Assembly: GCA_045589355.1 (NCBI GenBank)
Contig: JAZNOW010000073.1
Location: 680-64,679, forward strand
Direction: 5' to 3'
DNA length: 64,000 nucleotides
Origin: Clostridia bacterium
Lineage (GTDB): Bacteria > Bacillota > Clostridia > Christensenellales > Aristaeellaceae
The notes under the pieces were generated by a model, which was given only the letters and a program-made list of their open reading frames with translations, was not told where the DNA came from and made no database searches. The position numbers were made by a program, and so were the translations under genes. Below, piece by piece: positions 61,889-64,000 of the stretch. The first letter of the stretch is position 1. Every line of letters begins with the position of its first letter.

Positions 61889-62056
61889 ATGAAACCATTG
61901 TCCCCAAACGAACGGATGAAATACGAAGTGGCCCGGGAACTGGGGCTGACGGACAAGCTGAAACAGGTGGGCTGGGCAGGCCTGAGCACCGCGGAAAGCG
62001 GACGCATCGGCGGGTTGTGCGGCGCACGGAAGAAAAAGCAGCGAAAGGATACGTGA
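61889..62056 (+). CDS. alpha/beta-type small acid-soluble spore protein-like
   Basis: ORF trimmed to ATG 61889 behind AGGAGG. MKYEVARELGL....LSTAESGRIGG matches the SASP core pattern (MKxEIAxExG ... GxxGG). Confidence 0.6.
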   Translation: MKPLSPNERMKYEVARELGLTDKLKQVGWAGLSTAESGRIGGLCGARKKKQRKDT

Positions 62057-62060
62057 AAAA

Positions 62061-62804
62061 ATGTACCAGTCTTTTGCACAGGTGTATGATGCACTGATGG
62101 ACCAGGTGGATTACGGCGCCTGGGCCCGGCATTATGATCAATTGATGCAGCTGTGCGGCGTGAAAAAAGGCGCCCGGTGCGTGGAGTGTGCCTGCGGCAC
62201 CGGCAGCATCACCATCCCCCTGCGGAAGATGGGCTATCAGATGACGGGGGTGGATCTTTCGGAGGAAATGATCGCCGGCGCTATGGAAAAGGCACGGAAG
62301 GAAGGGGTGATGATCCCCTTCATCCGGCAGGATATGTGCAGCCTTTCCCTGCCCCGGAAAACGGAGTGCATCCTGGCCACCTGCGATGGGGTGAACTACC
62401 TGACCGCGCCGGAAAAGGTGAAGCAGTTTTTCGCTTCGGCCTATGCCATGCTGAAAAACGGCGGCGCCCTGATTTTTGATATTTCTTCGGCGTTCAAGCT
62501 GAAAAATACCCTGGGCAACCACACCCTCACCTGCGATGAAGAGGATTTTGCCTACATCTGGCATAACCGCTTTGACGAAGAAAAGGCGCTGGTGGAAATG
62601 GAGCTTACCATCTTCCGCAAGCGGCCGGACGGGGCCTTTGACCGGCTGGAGGAATGCCAGGTGCAGCGGGCCCACAAGCAGGAGGAAATGGTGGCCTGGC
62701 TGCAGGAAGCGGGCTTTGAAAACGTGCAGGTCTTCGGCAATCTGCGCATTGCATCCCCCGATACGGAGGATGAACGGCTGCATATCTGCGCCGTGAAAAA
62801 ATGA
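62061..62804 (+). CDS. class I SAM-dependent methyltransferase
   Basis: Motif I VECACGTGSITIPL; post-I GVDLSEEMI; Methyltransf_11/25-like. Confidence 0.8.
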   Translation: MYQSFAQVYDALMDQVDYGAWARHYDQLMQLCGVKKGARCVECACGTGSITIPLRKMGYQMTGVDLSEEMIAGAMEKARKEGVMIPFIRQDMCSLSLPRKTECILATCDGVNYLTAPEKVKQFFASAYAMLKNGGALIFDISSAFKLKNTLGNHTLTCDEEDFAYIWHNRFDEEKALVEMELTIFRKRPDGAFDRLEECQVQRAHKQEEMVAWLQEAGFENVQVFGNLRIASPDTEDERLHICAVKK

Positions 62805-62873
62805 AGCCCTTGCGGAAAAGGGAAAAATAAGGCATAATAAGCCTTAACAGCAAAAGAAGGGGCGGAGAAGGCA

Positions 62874-64000
62874 TGTATCAGGCGCTTTACCGGGTGTGGC
62901 GGCCCAAGAAATTTTCCGATATGGTGGGGCAGGAGCACATCGTGCGCACCCTGTGCAATCAGGTGAGCACGGGGCGTATTGGCCATGCCTATCTGTTCTG
63001 CGGCAGCCGCGGTACCGGCAAAACCAGTGCCGCCAAGATCATGAGCCGGGCCATCAACTGCGAAAACCCGCAAAACGGCGATCCCTGCGGTCAGTGCAAT
63101 TCCTGCCGCATGATCGAAAGTGATACTTCTTTTGACGTGTATGAAATGGACGCTGCCAGCAACAGCCGGGTGGAAGAGATCCGCGAGCTGCTGGAAAAGG
63201 TGGATTATCCGCCCCAGTTTGGCAAATACAAAGTATACATCATCGACGAAGTGCATATGCTGTCCAATTCGGCCTTCAATGCGCTTTTGAAAACGCTGGA
63301 GGAGCCGCCGGAATACATGGTGTTCATTCTGGCCACCACCGAACCGCAAAAATTGCCCTCCACCATCCTTTCCCGCTGCCAGCGCTACGATTTCGGGCGC
63401 TTTACCGAAAGCCAGATCGCCGGGCATTTGCAGAAAGTGGCCCGGGAAACCGGCGTGGATGCGGAGGAAGATGCCCTGGCCCTCATTGCCCGTGCGGCGG
63501 AAGGCGGCATGCGCGACGCCCTGTCCATTTTGGACATGTGCCTTGGCGGCGGGGAAAAGGTGACCGAGGAAAGCGTGCGCAGCGTACTGGGCGCGGCTGA
63601 CCGGGCGTTCCTTTTCCAGTTTTGCGATGCGCTCAGCGAAAAGGAAGGCGGCGAGGCGCTGCGGCTGATTGATAAAGTGATGCTGGACGGCCGGGACGTG
63701 CAGGTGCTGCTCAAGGACCTTTCCGCCCACCTGCGGCTTTTGATGGCGGCAAGGCTCTGCGGCGCCGATGAAAAGATTCCCGGCCTTGGCGGCGCCTATG
63801 GCAAACGCTATGCCGCCCAGGCACAGAAGTTTTCCCAGGAAAGGCTTTTGCGGGCGCTGGATCTTTGCACTAAAGCAGAAGCGGATACCCGCTGGGCGGC
63901 CTCTGCCCGGAGCGTGCTGGAGGTGTTCGCCCTGCGTGTGTGCGAACAGCCGGAGGAAAGGGATTACGAGGCGCTGCTGGAACGCATCAGCGAACTGGAA
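62874..64000 (+). CDS. dnaX: DNA polymerase III subunit gamma/tau (5' partial, continues beyond the window)
   Basis: Not in the ORF track because there is no stop inside the window. My translation from ATG 62874 reads MYQALYRVWRPKKFSDMVGQEHIVRTL...GHAYLFCGSRGTGKTSAAK...CGQCNSC...YIIDEVHMLS...LKTLEEPP...SRCQRYDF. Confidence 0.9.

Noticed and set aside
62552-63730. 392-aa minus-strand ORF at the right end
   Set aside because: It is antisense to the methyltransferase 3' end and to dnaX. The plus-strand reading gives textbook clamp-loader motifs.
1-64000. Prophage, integrative element, IS, toxin-antitoxin or defence island
   Set aside because: I found no integrase, transposase, recombinase, phage structural, restriction-modification, Cas, abortive-infection or toxin-like genes. 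Apart from the repeats, gene content is housekeeping and envelope-related, with uniform GC-rich composition.

Overview
This is a GC-rich, gene-dense chromosomal window with about 60 CDS and no rRNA, tRNA, CRISPR, transposase or phage genes that I could see. Gene order points to a high-GC Firmicutes/Clostridia genome, probably Oscillospiraceae/Ruminococcaceae-like. The evidence is the asp23-amaP-DUF2273-nusB-folD-xseAB-ispA block, rpsF-ssb-rpsR, a T-box-controlled hisS-aspS pair and an alpha/beta SASP. Content from left to right:
- asnA, an XRE regulator, murA, a J-domain protein, and pgsA-recA coupled to a metal ABC transporter.
- An AraC/GH67/GH3 glucuronoxylan-oligosaccharide locus.
- A phosphatase-GNAT fusion.
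- An envelope operon: M1 peptidase, GT2-GtrA, phosphodiester glycosidase, Lgt-like protein, DUF896, PrsA-like foldase.
- MATE plus a kinase-like gene.
- A VTC/DUF4956/Cthe_2159 lipoprotein operon divergent from an ECF sigma/anti-sigma pair.
- An amino-sugar locus: LbH protein, glmM, nagB, DeoR regulator.
- OYE flavoreductase, thiI and a cysteine desulfurase.
- The long nusB-folD-xse-ispA operon, then aspS and hisS.
- pgm, a second Lgt-like/phosphodiester-glycosidase cassette, deoC and gpmI.
- rpsF-ssb-rpsR, a second ECF sigma/anti-sigma pair, an OmpR-type two-component system, a YesL-like protein, a SASP, a methyltransferase, and the 5' part of dnaX. dnaX is open at the window end and absent from the ORF track.

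The most unusual signal is non-coding. A family of hairpin-rich mosaic elements of roughly 280-500 bp is present four to five times, in both orientations and always intergenic. The elements have about 60-nt structured terminal inverted repeats, a central bidirectional terminator-like hairpin, and many compensatory base-pair changes between copies. Secondary points are the duplicated Lgt-like plus phosphodiester-glycosidase cassette, the uncharacterised VTC/DUF4956/Cthe_2159 operon, and several unusual fusions and operon insertions. All function calls come from motif and family recognition by eye; no database search was run.
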